Source: a bacterium (GTDB lineage Bacteria > Arandabacterota > Arandabacteria > Arandabacterales > JALGWA01). Taken from it: a stretch of 17,557 bases of DNA. Location of the stretch: the NCBI GenBank assembly GCA_050125095.1, contig JASFEA010000069.1:1-17557 (forward strand), written 5' to 3'. This document shows, piece by piece, positions 1 to 8,662 of this stretch; position 1 is the stretch's first letter; each line of letters opens with the position of its first letter. A program made the position numbers and the translations under genes. The notes beneath the pieces were generated by a model. That model did not search any database and was not told the origin of the DNA. It was given only the letters and a program-made list of their open reading frames with translations.

Positions 1-522
1 TCACCGGCCGTCTCCCTCATCGGCGACGCGGACGCCGCCGAGCGCGAGCTCGTAGACGGTTTCATGAAGAAATATGCCGAGCGCCGGCTCGTCCCCATAA
101 CCTGGGATGACGTCGCTTCCGCGGTTTATATAGAGCAGTGGACCAACCTTATAGCAGAGCGCGGAGGATGGCTCGAAGGCATGACGCCCGCGTCACTTCC
201 GGATGTAGTCAAGGACCTGAGACCGCTCGCGGCGAGTTACCAGCAGTTTATCGGCCGGCTACCGCCGGGAGAGGCCTTCCAGCAGATCTTGACAATGTCT
301 CTCGGCGCGTCACTTGCGGTGCACCTGGCGAGCCGCGGCTATGAGCTCAACGAGCGCCCGTCGCTGGGGTTCATGATGCATAAGGACGACGAGGAGATCC
401 AGCCGTTCGGAGTCCTCCCCAGACTTGCAATGGGCGAGATCAGCCCGGAGGACTGGGTCAGGCAATGCCAGACGATTGGCATCGCGGACGCAGACCTGGG
501 AAGCGTTCCGCGGACGGGCTAA
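1..522 (+). CDS. 5'-truncated CDS, C-terminal part of a hypothetical protein; tentatively the tail of a long M48-family Zn peptidase
   Basis: Frame 1 is open from base 1 (SPAVSLIGDADAAERELVDGFMKKY...) to TAA at 520-522, so the ATG at 64 is probably internal. The product guess is only recalled resemblance of the 'ITWDDV..AVY..W' and 'GEISPEDWVRQCQTIGIADADL' segments; no HExxH motif lies inside the window. Confidence 0.65.
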   Translation, partial: SPAVSLIGDADAAERELVDGFMKKYAERRLVPITWDDVASAVYIEQWTNLIAERGGWLEGMTPASLPDVVKDLRPLAASYQQFIGRLPPGEAFQQILTMSLGASLAVHLASRGYELNERPSLGFMMHKDDEEIQPFGVLPRLAMGEISPEDWVRQCQTIGIADADLGSVPRTG

Positions 523-1223
523 TACACTCCCGGCAGCAGCTTGTACCTCACCCTTTCAGCATATGCCTCATAGCCGGGGAGCTCGCGCCGGAGGGCCGCG
601 TCCTCGAGCCGTGTCCTTATCACCAGCAGCAACCCCACCAGTCCGGCGGGCACAAGGGCCCACAGCGAGCCCAGCACTATTGATATTGAGGCTTCCATCA
701 GGATAATGCCGGTGTAGCCCGGATGCCTAACGTAACGGTAGGGCCCTGAATCGATGACCGCGTGCCCGCTCCCGGGGCGGATTGCAACCGTGCTAGTGTA
801 GTGTTCATTCGCCCTGATGGCCCAGAGATGAAGGTGGGCGGAGAAGACGTAGACGACGTAAGCCGGCGGGTAAACCCAGAGCGGCAGAGGAGATGTCCAG
901 CCGAATCGCCCGCCGTCAAGAGCGCCGAGCGCAATCACGATGCCGGCAAGCGGGAAGAAGAACGCCATTAAGACCTTGTCCCAGGCTTTGGCGTCGGCGG
1001 CGGGTTTCATGCGCGCCCTTATGGTATCGGCCACGCCCGCCAGCAGCACCGCCACCGCGGTTATAAGGGCGAGATTCACCAGGCCGAAAACCCAGGCCTG
1101 CCAGTAGTCGGCCCGCCCCCCCAGCACGAGCAGGAGCGCCGCCAGAATCACTATCATGGCCGCGCCTCTTATGAAGAGTCTGAGGTTCAACTCAAGCCGC
1201 CCCCCCGCCGTGAGCTGCGCCAC
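519..1223 (-). CDS. Isoprenylcysteine carboxyl methyltransferase (ICMT/Ste14/PEMT-like) family membrane methyltransferase
   Basis: Several hydrophobic helices plus the family motifs 'H.VIDSGPYRYVRHPGY.G' and 'RTRLED..LRRELPGYEAY..RVRYKLLPG'. The start is uncertain: GTG 1223, or in-frame TTG 1190 one base after the upstream stop, or ATG 1157. Confidence 0.9.
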   Translation of the reverse strand: MAQLTAGGRLELNLRLFIRGAAMIVILAALLLVLGGRADYWQAWVFGLVNLALITAVAVLLAGVADTIRARMKPAADAKAWDKVLMAFFFPLAGIVIALGALDGGRFGWTSPLPLWVYPPAYVVYVFSAHLHLWAIRANEHYTSTVAIRPGSGHAVIDSGPYRYVRHPGYTGIILMEASISIVLGSLWALVPAGLVGLLLVIRTRLEDAALRRELPGYEAYAERVRYKLLPGVY

Positions 1224-1950
1224 CCGGCCCGGGTTTCTTCTTTATAAGCCCGAGCCTTATGCCCATTTTGATTATGCCGCGCCCCATGGCGGATATCTTC
1301 CAGGCCTCGGTGGGGTCGTTCCACACGGGGTCCTTCTTCAGCTCGAACCACGCTTTGGCCTCCGGGATGGAGGACACGGCGAAGAGTATGTTGATGATCA
1401 CCACATAGGCCAAGACGTAGGGGTCGCGCGTGCGCCACCAGAGCCACGGAACGAGCAGCCACAGGCCGGCCATGTAGGTGAAATAAATATCGCGCAGCAC
1501 CGCGAACCCGAATATCATCCCGCCGAAGGCCGCGATAAACACGCCTATCCAGTCAATCGCAAACACGCCCCCGTAAATGGATGCGACGCCGCGGCCGCCC
1601 TTGAACCCGTGATACACCGGCCAGATGTGTCCTACAACTCCCGTTGTCGCCGCAATGAGGTAGTAGGGTTCTCCCGGCATGTAGTGCTTGAGGAGAAACG
1701 TGGGGATGAACACCTTGAGCACGTCGCATACGAATGTCAGGAAGCCGTAGCGGGGGCCCACATTGGCCGATACCGACGTGGCGCTCACCGACTTCATGGT
1801 CATGGTCTTGTCGCTTCCGTCGATGCGCAGCACGGTCTCTTCGGGGACGGGTTTGCCCGGCGCGAAGATGGCGGAGACCACTCTGGCGAATGAAATGCTG
1901 CCGATAAGGTAAGCTCCCACGGCGACAACTGCGGCGACTAGGGGATTCAT
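1192..1950 (-). CDS. PlsY-family glycerol-3-phosphate acyltransferase homologue (divergent)
   Basis: N-terminal 'AYLIGSISFA', 'DVLK' and motif 2 'GHIWPVYHGFKGGRGVAS', with a multi-TM profile. Start placed at ATG 1950, which follows an AGGAGG SD and lies just after the upstream TAA (1955-1957), rather than at 1977. Confidence 0.85.
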   Translation of the reverse strand: MNPLVAAVVAVGAYLIGSISFARVVSAIFAPGKPVPEETVLRIDGSDKTMTMKSVSATSVSANVGPRYGFLTFVCDVLKVFIPTFLLKHYMPGEPYYLIAATTGVVGHIWPVYHGFKGGRGVASIYGGVFAIDWIGVFIAAFGGMIFGFAVLRDIYFTYMAGLWLLVPWLWWRTRDPYVLAYVVIINILFAVSSIPEAKAWFELKKDPVWNDPTEAWKISAMGRGIIKMGIRLGLIKKKPGPGGAAHGGGAA

Positions 1951-1954
1951 GACA

Positions 1955-4462
1955 TTAACCTCCTCCTTCATCCACATAGCCAGGGTAAACCCTGCCGGTA
2001 CTGCCGTCTATTGTTATCCGGTCACCGTCGTTTATGATGCGCGTGGCCCTCTCGACGCTGACCACCGCCGGGAGGCCGTACTCCCTCGCCACTATGGCGC
2101 TGTGAGAGAGCTGGCCGCCCGTTTCGGCGACTATTCCGCCTATGTTCGCGAACAGAGGAGTCCAACCGATGTCCATGAAGGGCACGATGAGGATATCCTC
2201 CCGGTTGAGTTTTCCTTGTATGCTTGATGGGTCCCTTACCACCCTGGCGCGGCCGCACACCCTTCCCGCGCTGCCGGGGATGCCGCGGAGGTATTCTAGG
2301 TTCTCGGGGAGGGGGCGTTCGCGGAGGGCGCCCTCCTCGCCGCAGATGATGTCGGGTACGTCCGCCTCCGCGTCCGCCTCCAGCTCAGAGCGCCGCGCGG
2401 CGATTGTCCTCTTCGCATCGCCGGGGGCCAACCTGCCTTCGGCGAGGTCGAGCAGTTCGTCGAAGTTGAGGAAGAAGAGGTCCGTGTGGCCTGCGAGCCG
2501 GCCGTCCTGCCTGAGGGACGATCCCAGCTCCAGGTAGAGCCTCCGCATCTGGTAAGCGTCCTCCGACATGAGGAAGCTTATGCGCTCGCGGAGGTTGAGG
2601 TATGTGATGGTAGAGTCGAGCAGCCTCGAGAACATGACGCGCCGCACGGGTCCCAGATTCCGCTCGACGGCCCGCCTGGCCTCCATGCGTTCGGCCGCAA
2701 CGTCCCTGCGCGCGGCATCTTCAGCGGCACCGCCGGCCATGGCCGCTATGCTCCTCCATATGAAACGCGGGTTCTCTATCCAGGGCGGCAAGGTGAAGTC
2801 GGTGGCGCTTGTGCTGAGGTAGCCGTAGCGCTCCATGAAGGCCTCGAAGCGGTCTAGAACGGCGCGCCCGGCGTCGGTTTGCTCCAGGCGGGCGACTATG
2901 TTCTCGGGCTCTCCCGTCTTCAAGAGGTCCAGAGCTTCGGGGATGCCTGCGGCTATATGGTCGGCGATGTTGCGCATCTCGTCATGGGGCTCGAGCGACT
3001 TGAGACCGGTGTATCCGGCGAGCAGCTTGCCGGGGTCAACGCCCGGAGCGCGCTTGCGAACCAGGCTCGAGAGCATCTTGTTGCGCACGAACATGTTTAT
3101 GGCCGTGATCCACATGTACCATTGCGTCTCCCCGTGGCTGCGCCGTAGGGAGGAGATCTCATCTAGAAGGTCATGAGGAACAACCCCCGACCAGTCGGCC
3201 GACCGGTAGCGCTTAAGCCTCGCCTCGTGCCTCGCCACGAAGGACCGTGCCCGCGCCGCAACGAAGGCGTTCTTGAAGACGAAGGACAGGAGTCCCAGGA
3301 GCCGTCGCATGAGTTGCGGGGACATCCTGGGGCGCTTGTGCACCGCGGCCTCGTCCCTCGCTATCATCTCGAAGAGGTTGACGGGCATCCCCATTTCGCC
3401 GAGCAGCTTCGCGAAGAGCGTGGCGTTGGCGAAGACGCGCGAGCGGATCAGCTTCACGAGGTCGGTGTAGTTTATATCCCGTCGCCCCAGCACCGTGTTG
3501 AATACCGGGCCGAAAACGTTGGTGGTCATGTCGACTATATTAGTCGAAAAGTAAAGCGGCTTGATCGGGCCGGGCGCCATGTCGCGCGCGAGCTTCCGCG
3601 AGTAAACATTCTTGCCGTAGAGCGACGTTATCGGGCGCGTCTGGAGTATCGCGAAACCGTCACCGTCCAGCGCCCACTCTATGTCCTGCGCCAGCGCCCT
3701 TTCGCGACTCACGGCCACCACCGTGTCGGCGAGCTGCTTGAGGCTGTCGCCGTCGAGCACGGGCCGCTCGGGGTCGGAGCAGGTTTTCTCGATAACTTCG
3801 CCGCCATGCTCGATCACGTAGCGGTCGGGGTTCCCGCGGCCGCTTGCGGCGGAATCGCCGAGCCCGCGCACCGCCTCGATTATGATGCGGAAGCGGCCGG
3901 TGTCGGGGTCGGCGCTGAAGGCGATGCCGGCGGCGCGAGGGTTCAGCATAGTCTGGACGAGCACCGCCATACCCGTGTCGTGAATAGGCCCGGGCGACGC
4001 GCGCCCAACGTGGCCGTGAAGGTATTCGATCAGGCGGTCGCTGAAGGCCGACATGTAGCACTTGCGTATGGCCTGCATGAGGGATTCCTCGTCCGTGACA
4101 TTCAGGAAGGTCTCGAGCTGGCCCGAGAAAGAGGCATAAGTGGAATCCTCGCCGACCATGGATGACCTTATGGCGACGGGGCCGCCCAGCGCGCGGAAGA
4201 CTTTCCTTATCTCGCCCTCGATTCGGGCCGGGAACTCGACTTCAAGAAGCGCCTTACGGATCCGGCCGGCCTCCAGCGTGTCCATCGGGGCGCCGACGCC
4301 GTGATTTGCGAGGAGTTCTGCGAGCACACCGGTGGGGATGACGAAACCGGGCGGCACCCTGAATCCCCTTCGGGCAATCCGGGCAAGGCTGGCGGCCTTT
4401 CCGCCGGACAGGGCTTCGCGGAGCGCGCGCCTGTCAGAGAGGTGGAACAGGGGACTACCCAT
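1955..4462 (-). CDS. PEP-utilising dikinase-family phosphotransferase with rifampin-phosphotransferase-like domain order (ATP-grasp, substrate domain, C-terminal phospho-His swivel domain)
   Basis: N-terminal motifs 'GGKAASL', 'VPPGFVI', 'AIRSS..GED...SFSGQLET', 'MAVLVQ', 'QDIEWA' and 'ILQTRPIT'. C-terminal 'ETGGQLSHSAIVAREYGLPAVV' (His codon 2102-2104) and 'IDGSTGRV'. There is no C-terminal pyruvate-binding TIM barrel. Confidence 0.92.
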   Translation of the reverse strand: MGSPLFHLSDRRALREALSGGKAASLARIARRGFRVPPGFVIPTGVLAELLANHGVGAPMDTLEAGRIRKALLEVEFPARIEGEIRKVFRALGGPVAIRSSMVGEDSTYASFSGQLETFLNVTDEESLMQAIRKCYMSAFSDRLIEYLHGHVGRASPGPIHDTGMAVLVQTMLNPRAAGIAFSADPDTGRFRIIIEAVRGLGDSAASGRGNPDRYVIEHGGEVIEKTCSDPERPVLDGDSLKQLADTVVAVSRERALAQDIEWALDGDGFAILQTRPITSLYGKNVYSRKLARDMAPGPIKPLYFSTNIVDMTTNVFGPVFNTVLGRRDINYTDLVKLIRSRVFANATLFAKLLGEMGMPVNLFEMIARDEAAVHKRPRMSPQLMRRLLGLLSFVFKNAFVAARARSFVARHEARLKRYRSADWSGVVPHDLLDEISSLRRSHGETQWYMWITAINMFVRNKMLSSLVRKRAPGVDPGKLLAGYTGLKSLEPHDEMRNIADHIAAGIPEALDLLKTGEPENIVARLEQTDAGRAVLDRFEAFMERYGYLSTSATDFTLPPWIENPRFIWRSIAAMAGGAAEDAARRDVAAERMEARRAVERNLGPVRRVMFSRLLDSTITYLNLRERISFLMSEDAYQMRRLYLELGSSLRQDGRLAGHTDLFFLNFDELLDLAEGRLAPGDAKRTIAARRSELEADAEADVPDIICGEEGALRERPLPENLEYLRGIPGSAGRVCGRARVVRDPSSIQGKLNREDILIVPFMDIGWTPLFANIGGIVAETGGQLSHSAIVAREYGLPAVVSVERATRIINDGDRITIDGSTGRVYPGYVDEGGG

Positions 4463-4472
4463 CCTGGCTCCT

Positions 4473-5387
4473 CTATTTGCGCAATGCCGCCTTGGTCAGC
4501 ATGTGATCCGGGATCTCCACGTCCGGGTCTATGCGCTTGACGATGTACTCGGTTCCCCCGCCCTCGGCGAGCTCGTCCTTGAAGATCATATGCCTGGGGT
4601 ACCAGCCGTCGCCAAGCCTGGACACCTCGGTTATGGTGGTGGTCTTGAGGAGCTTTCCACTCCTGGCGAAGCGCTCTTCCCTCAGGGGAAGCCAGCGCTC
4701 CTTGTCGACCCAGACCTTTCGCGAGTAATAGGCCACGTCCTTAGCTGTCGAGTTGAGTTCCACCACCCAGCAATCCCTGCCGTCCAGCTCCTCGCTGCCG
4801 ACCACGGCGGCTTCGTACTTGTCCAGCAGCCTGTGGTTCTCGGTTATATCTTCATACGAAAGGTCGGAGCCCATGACCGACTGCCTGAGGAGGTGGCCGG
4901 ATATGGCGATGATACGGTCGGTGGGCTCGGGGATGTAGTTCCATATCTTGTCCCCGAGCCGTAGCATTTTCTTGCCCTTCTCGCGCGGCGGCGCGAGGTA
5001 GAGAACGAGGGCGTTGTCCACGCCCTTTCTGTAAACCCGGGACTCTATCGTGCGCGTGCCGCTGCGCCCGTGTACAACCATGTCGGATTCTATCTCGGCC
5101 TGGTCGAAGTACATGTTGCCGTCGATCCGCTCGAGCACCTCCTCGCCCGTGGGGGTATTCCCGCCTACCGTGGTCTCGCCCGGAGCGGTCTCAGCCACGG
5201 TGGTCTCGCCCGCGGCGGTCTCGCCCGGAGCGGTCTCGGCCGAGGCGGGCCCCGCGCCCGGAATCCCGAATACCGCTAACGCCGCCGCGAGCGCAATCAG
5301 TATAGATGAGAGCAGGGCGGCCCGGACATAATGCTTCCCGGGCGCTATCGCAGCCGCAACCGGAAGTCGTCTCATGTCATCAATCAT
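4473..5387 (-). CDS. LolA-like 'outer membrane lipoprotein-sorting' family periplasmic protein
   Basis: Hydrophobic signal/anchor segment, then 'YLAPPREKGKKML', 'MGSDLSYEDI', 'WVDKERWLP' and 'SGKLLK'. ATG 5387 follows an AGGAG SD; ATG 5411, overlapping the upstream stop, is an alternative start. Confidence 0.85.
   Translation of the reverse strand: MIDDMRRLPVAAAIAPGKHYVRAALLSSILIALAAALAVFGIPGAGPASAETAPGETAAGETTVAETAPGETTVGGNTPTGEEVLERIDGNMYFDQAEIESDMVVHGRSGTRTIESRVYRKGVDNALVLYLAPPREKGKKMLRLGDKIWNYIPEPTDRIIAISGHLLRQSVMGSDLSYEDITENHRLLDKYEAAVVGSEELDGRDCWVVELNSTAKDVAYYSRKVWVDKERWLPLREERFARSGKLLKTTTITEVSRLGDGWYPRHMIFKDELAEGGGTEYIVKRIDPDVEIPDHMLTKAALRK
5163..5237 (-). repeat. Five in-frame 15-bp tandem repeats encoding ETAPG-ETAAG-ETTVA-ETAPG-ETTVG
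   Basis: GGTCTC recurs on the + strand every 15 bp, at 5172, 5187, 5202, 5217 and 5232. Confidence 0.9.
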
Positions 5388-5410
5388 ACCATTTGCTCCT
5401 GTTTTCTGCA

Positions 5411-6685
5411 TCAGGCTTCGAGCTCTTTAAACAGCTGGGCGGTCCGGCGTTTGAATATGCCGATTCCGGATATCGCCGTTCCCACAAGGGTTGCAAGGAG
5501 CCCCGGGATGAAACCGATATAGTAAGCCTCGGGCGTAATCTTGGCCCGGATAACGTTGGCCATGAGCACTCCCGAGCTCTTGGTCATGCTGGTCACATCA
5601 AGCCCCACTTCCTGCAGGTAGTAGGAAACACCGAGCCCGACGGCCGTGCCGAGGGCCGAGCCCACGAAGCCTATGAGAAGCGACTCGGACAGCATCGCGA
5701 AGTACACCCTGTCCTTGGATTCGCCTATTGCGAGCCGGACTCCTATTTCCCCGTACCGCCTTATGCCCGACATGAGGCCGGCATTCCACAGCACGATGGA
5801 CATGACCGCGAAGAACACGAGCAGCATGAGCGAAGCGCGGAAGCCGACGATGTCCAGGTATTCGCCGAGGCCGTTCTGCTGGCGCAGCGTTACCATGACC
5901 GGAGTGAAGTCGTCTCCGTCGTCCGAGCGGCTCCCGTTGAAGGCGGCCGCGAGAGTGTCGGCCGCATGCCTGCTGTAAACCATGTTGGGGAAGAAGCCCA
6001 GGATCTCGGACGCGGCACCTTCCATGTCCAGGGCGTACTGTATGTCGGCGATATCGGCTATCATGGTATTGCGATCGAGTGGCCCGATGCCGAAACGTAT
6101 GGTGCCGGCTATAACGAAGTTCTGCGCCGCAAGCGCCCCGTAAGCCGTCGATCCTATGAATGTGGCCGTCTCCCCGGGTCCGACCTCGAGCGTCGCCGCG
6201 AAGTCGTCGCTCACAAGTATCTCGCCCGGGGCCGCGGGCATCCGGCCCCGGTGAATCGCGCCCGCGAGTCCGAGCCTCTCTGGCTCGCGCGACCCCGCGC
6301 CGAGGATGTCGATGGCCATTCCCATTACGGGGCCCTGGGAACGCGTTTCGCCCTGCTCGTCGGGTATGTCCAGGAGGCCGCCGTACTTGATGCGCGCCGT
6401 CCACTCCATGGCCGGGTAGTCGCGCTTGAGCTCTTCCAGGACCGCGGAGAGGTTTCTCACAGCGAGGTCATTTGGTATCTGGCTGGATATCGCACGGTAT
6501 CCGCGCGTCATGACTTTGACATGGCCCGTGTCTATCTTGGCGTTGCTCCGTACTGCCTCATCGATGACGCCGTACATGAAGCAGTACGCGAGCACCGCGA
6601 GCGCGACCCCCAGTGTCACCACGATGATGGGAAACGTGCTCCGGTGCCGGTCTCTGAGGAGGCCTTTCATCAGGAACCTGATCAT
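5411..6685 (-). CDS. ABC transporter permease, FtsX/MacB/LolCE family
   Basis: True start is ATG 6685 (MIRFLMKGLLRDRHRS...) in an ATGA overlap with the upstream gene; the ORF-track extension to 7171 overlaps another CDS. One TM, a large periplasmic domain and three TMs, with 'RRYGEIGVRLAIGE'. Confidence 0.92.
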   Translation of the reverse strand: MIRFLMKGLLRDRHRSTFPIIVVTLGVALAVLAYCFMYGVIDEAVRSNAKIDTGHVKVMTRGYRAISSQIPNDLAVRNLSAVLEELKRDYPAMEWTARIKYGGLLDIPDEQGETRSQGPVMGMAIDILGAGSREPERLGLAGAIHRGRMPAAPGEILVSDDFAATLEVGPGETATFIGSTAYGALAAQNFVIAGTIRFGIGPLDRNTMIADIADIQYALDMEGAASEILGFFPNMVYSRHAADTLAAAFNGSRSDDGDDFTPVMVTLRQQNGLGEYLDIVGFRASLMLLVFFAVMSIVLWNAGLMSGIRRYGEIGVRLAIGESKDRVYFAMLSESLLIGFVGSALGTAVGLGVSYYLQEVGLDVTSMTKSSGVLMANVIRAKITPEAYYIGFIPGLLATLVGTAISGIGIFKRRTAQLFKELEA

Positions 6686-7869
6686 CGGCGTTTCCCCCTG
6701 AGAGCATGCGTCGGGTTGAGCTTGGCTATGCGCGAAGCAGGCAGGCCGCTTACGATAGTCACGCTGATGAGTACCAGTAGCGTGGTGCCCAGAACGAGGC
6801 GGGCTCCGTAAACCGGGTAGAGCACCTGCGGCACGGGCATTCCCATGTCGCTCATCATCTCGGGCACGGCGAATCCCCTGGCTTTGGAAAGGGCGAGAAT
6901 GGGGATGCCGTATGCGGCGCCGACTACGAGCGCGAGCACGCCGTGCATGGCGCCCTCGAGTGTGAAGAGCCAGATTACCCTGGCCCGGTCGAGGCCGAGA
7001 GCGATCAGCGTGCCTATCTCCTTGCGCCTGCGCCATATCGCCAGCACCTGCGTATCGAATATCGCCAGCAGGCCCATGAGCAGCATAATGCTGTATATGA
7101 TATGCGAGCTCGACGACTTCATCTCCACCAGGTCCTCTATGTCCTTTAAGAGATAGTCGAGGTCGTGCCATATCCAGGCGGCGCTGCCCGCCTCAACGGG
7201 CTCGGCGCCCTGCGCCAGCACCACCAGGCTCGCCTGGCCGGAGACCTGGAGCATTTGCTGCAGGTCTTCGATTGGAAGCCACATCTGCCCCCGGTCCATC
7301 CCCGGCACCGAGAGACTGACGACATGCTCTATGCGAACCTCGCCTGCATCGAAGGTGCCGTTGACGTCGCGCCACCTGACGGTCACGTAATCGCCGACAC
7401 GCAGGCCGGTTTCCCTGGCGGTCTGTGCGCCGATCATGGCCGACACCACGTCCGCGTCGTCGTTTACCATCTCCTGCGTCGGAATATTGAGAATGGTCTG
7501 GCCGGGTTCCATTCCATAGAGCACGACGGCCTGCGCCTGGCCGCGGGGATATATGGCGCCGGTGGTTATGAGTATGGGCGTGGCCTCCCTCCGCGATATG
7601 AGCCGGTTGAGCGCTTGGGGAATGGGGGAGTGGCTCTCTTCGAATGTAAGAGGGTCGTAAGGGTCGTAGGTAGCCTGCCAGTACTGGCCGCCGCCCGCTT
7701 CGAAGTCGATCTTGGCGTCGACCATGGCCCTGCTCATGCCGCCCACTATGCCCTGCGCCCAGATGATCATGACGAAGGCGGCCGAGAGCACGAACACGTT
7801 AAGCCATGTTCTGAGGCCGGCGCCCAGGATGTTCCTCAGTGCGAGTTTCGCTAGCAGTCCGAATCTCAT
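6682..7869 (-). CDS. ABC transporter permease, FtsX/MacB/LolCE family
   Basis: 'LALRNIL...RTWL', a periplasmic domain, 'RRRKEIGTLIALG' and the C-terminal 'LPASRIAKLNPTHALR'. ATGA overlaps at both ends. Confidence 0.92.
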   Translation of the reverse strand: MRFGLLAKLALRNILGAGLRTWLNVFVLSAAFVMIIWAQGIVGGMSRAMVDAKIDFEAGGGQYWQATYDPYDPLTFEESHSPIPQALNRLISRREATPILITTGAIYPRGQAQAVVLYGMEPGQTILNIPTQEMVNDDADVVSAMIGAQTARETGLRVGDYVTVRWRDVNGTFDAGEVRIEHVVSLSVPGMDRGQMWLPIEDLQQMLQVSGQASLVVLAQGAEPVEAGSAAWIWHDLDYLLKDIEDLVEMKSSSSHIIYSIMLLMGLLAIFDTQVLAIWRRRKEIGTLIALGLDRARVIWLFTLEGAMHGVLALVVGAAYGIPILALSKARGFAVPEMMSDMGMPVPQVLYPVYGARLVLGTTLLVLISVTIVSGLPASRIAKLNPTHALRGKRR

Positions 7870-8576
7870 TCTTCCGGCTCCGGCGTTTGCTCGACGTCCT
7901 CGACGACGCGGCCGTCCATCAGGGTTATCTTGCGGCGCAGGTACCTTATGACCTTGGAGTCATGCGTCGCGAACACGAACGTGGTCTTGAGGTCGGTGTT
8001 GAGGGCGGCCATGGTCCGGAGAATATTGTGCGAGTTGGCCGCGTCGAGGTTGGCCGTGGGCTCGTCGGCCAGGACTATCTCGGGTTTCTTGACCATGGCC
8101 CTCGCCACGGCGACGCGCTGGCTCTCTCCGCCCGAGAGCTGCGACGGCTTAGACTTCGCTTTGTCTGTGAGCCCTACCCACTCCAGTGCCTCCATCACCA
8201 TCTGTCTGCGGCGGGCTCCGTCGATATCCAGAAGAAGCAGCGGGAACTCGACGTTCTCGTAAACCGTGTAGACCGGGAGGAGGTTATAAGTCTGGAAAAT
8301 GAAACCCAGGTGCTCGCTTCTCAACCGGGCGGCTTCCCTGTGGCTGAGCTGCGATGTGTCCTGCCCCAGCACGATGGCCTTGCCGGCGGTGGGGAAGTCG
8401 AGCGCGCCCACGAGGTTGAGCAGCGTGGTCTTTCCCGAGCCGCTGGGGCCCACGAGCCCCACGAACTCGCCCCTGTCTACACTTAGGTTGACGTCGGCGA
8501 GGGCCGTGAAACTGCCTCCCCCTACCGGGTACCGCTTGACCAGGTCATTGGTCTTGATCAGCGCTCCGTTTTGCAT
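7866..8576 (-). CDS. ABC transporter ATP-binding protein, LolD/MacB type
   Basis: Walker A GPSGSGKTT, Q-loop GFIFQ, signature LSGGESQRV, Walker B/D-loop VLADEPTANLD and H-loop ATHD. GGAGG SD upstream. Confidence 0.96.
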   Translation of the reverse strand: MQNGALIKTNDLVKRYPVGGGSFTALADVNLSVDRGEFVGLVGPSGSGKTTLLNLVGALDFPTAGKAIVLGQDTSQLSHREAARLRSEHLGFIFQTYNLLPVYTVYENVEFPLLLLDIDGARRRQMVMEALEWVGLTDKAKSKPSQLSGGESQRVAVARAMVKKPEIVLADEPTANLDAANSHNILRTMAALNTDLKTTFVFATHDSKVIRYLRRKITLMDGRVVEDVEQTPEPEE

Positions 8577-8662
8577 CGCGCGTCCTCCGCGAATTCTAAT
8601 CGTCTTTTGCCTTCCTATTCCATATTCGGCCGGCGCCCGGGGCGAAAGGTCCGCCGCGCGCC

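Noticed and set aside
519-522. 4-bp overlap of convergent stop codons with no terminator
   Set aside because: A common arrangement in compact genomes; there is no evidence of antisense regulation.
1955-4462. Calling the dikinase ppsA or a rifampin-resistance rph gene
   Set aside because: There is no pyruvate-binding barrel, so it is not PpsA. It shares only the domain order with RPH, and the operon context points to lipid metabolism.
6686-7171. N-terminal extension of the 586-aa ORF (5411-7171)
   Set aside because: It overlaps the upstream permease in another frame and is Arg/Ala-rich low-quality sequence. ATG 6685 in an ATGA overlap gives a normal permease N-terminus.
5411-8576. Calling the ABC system the housekeeping lolCDE
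   Set aside because: Family-level similarity only. TetR control and the accessory genes suggest a specialised paralogue.
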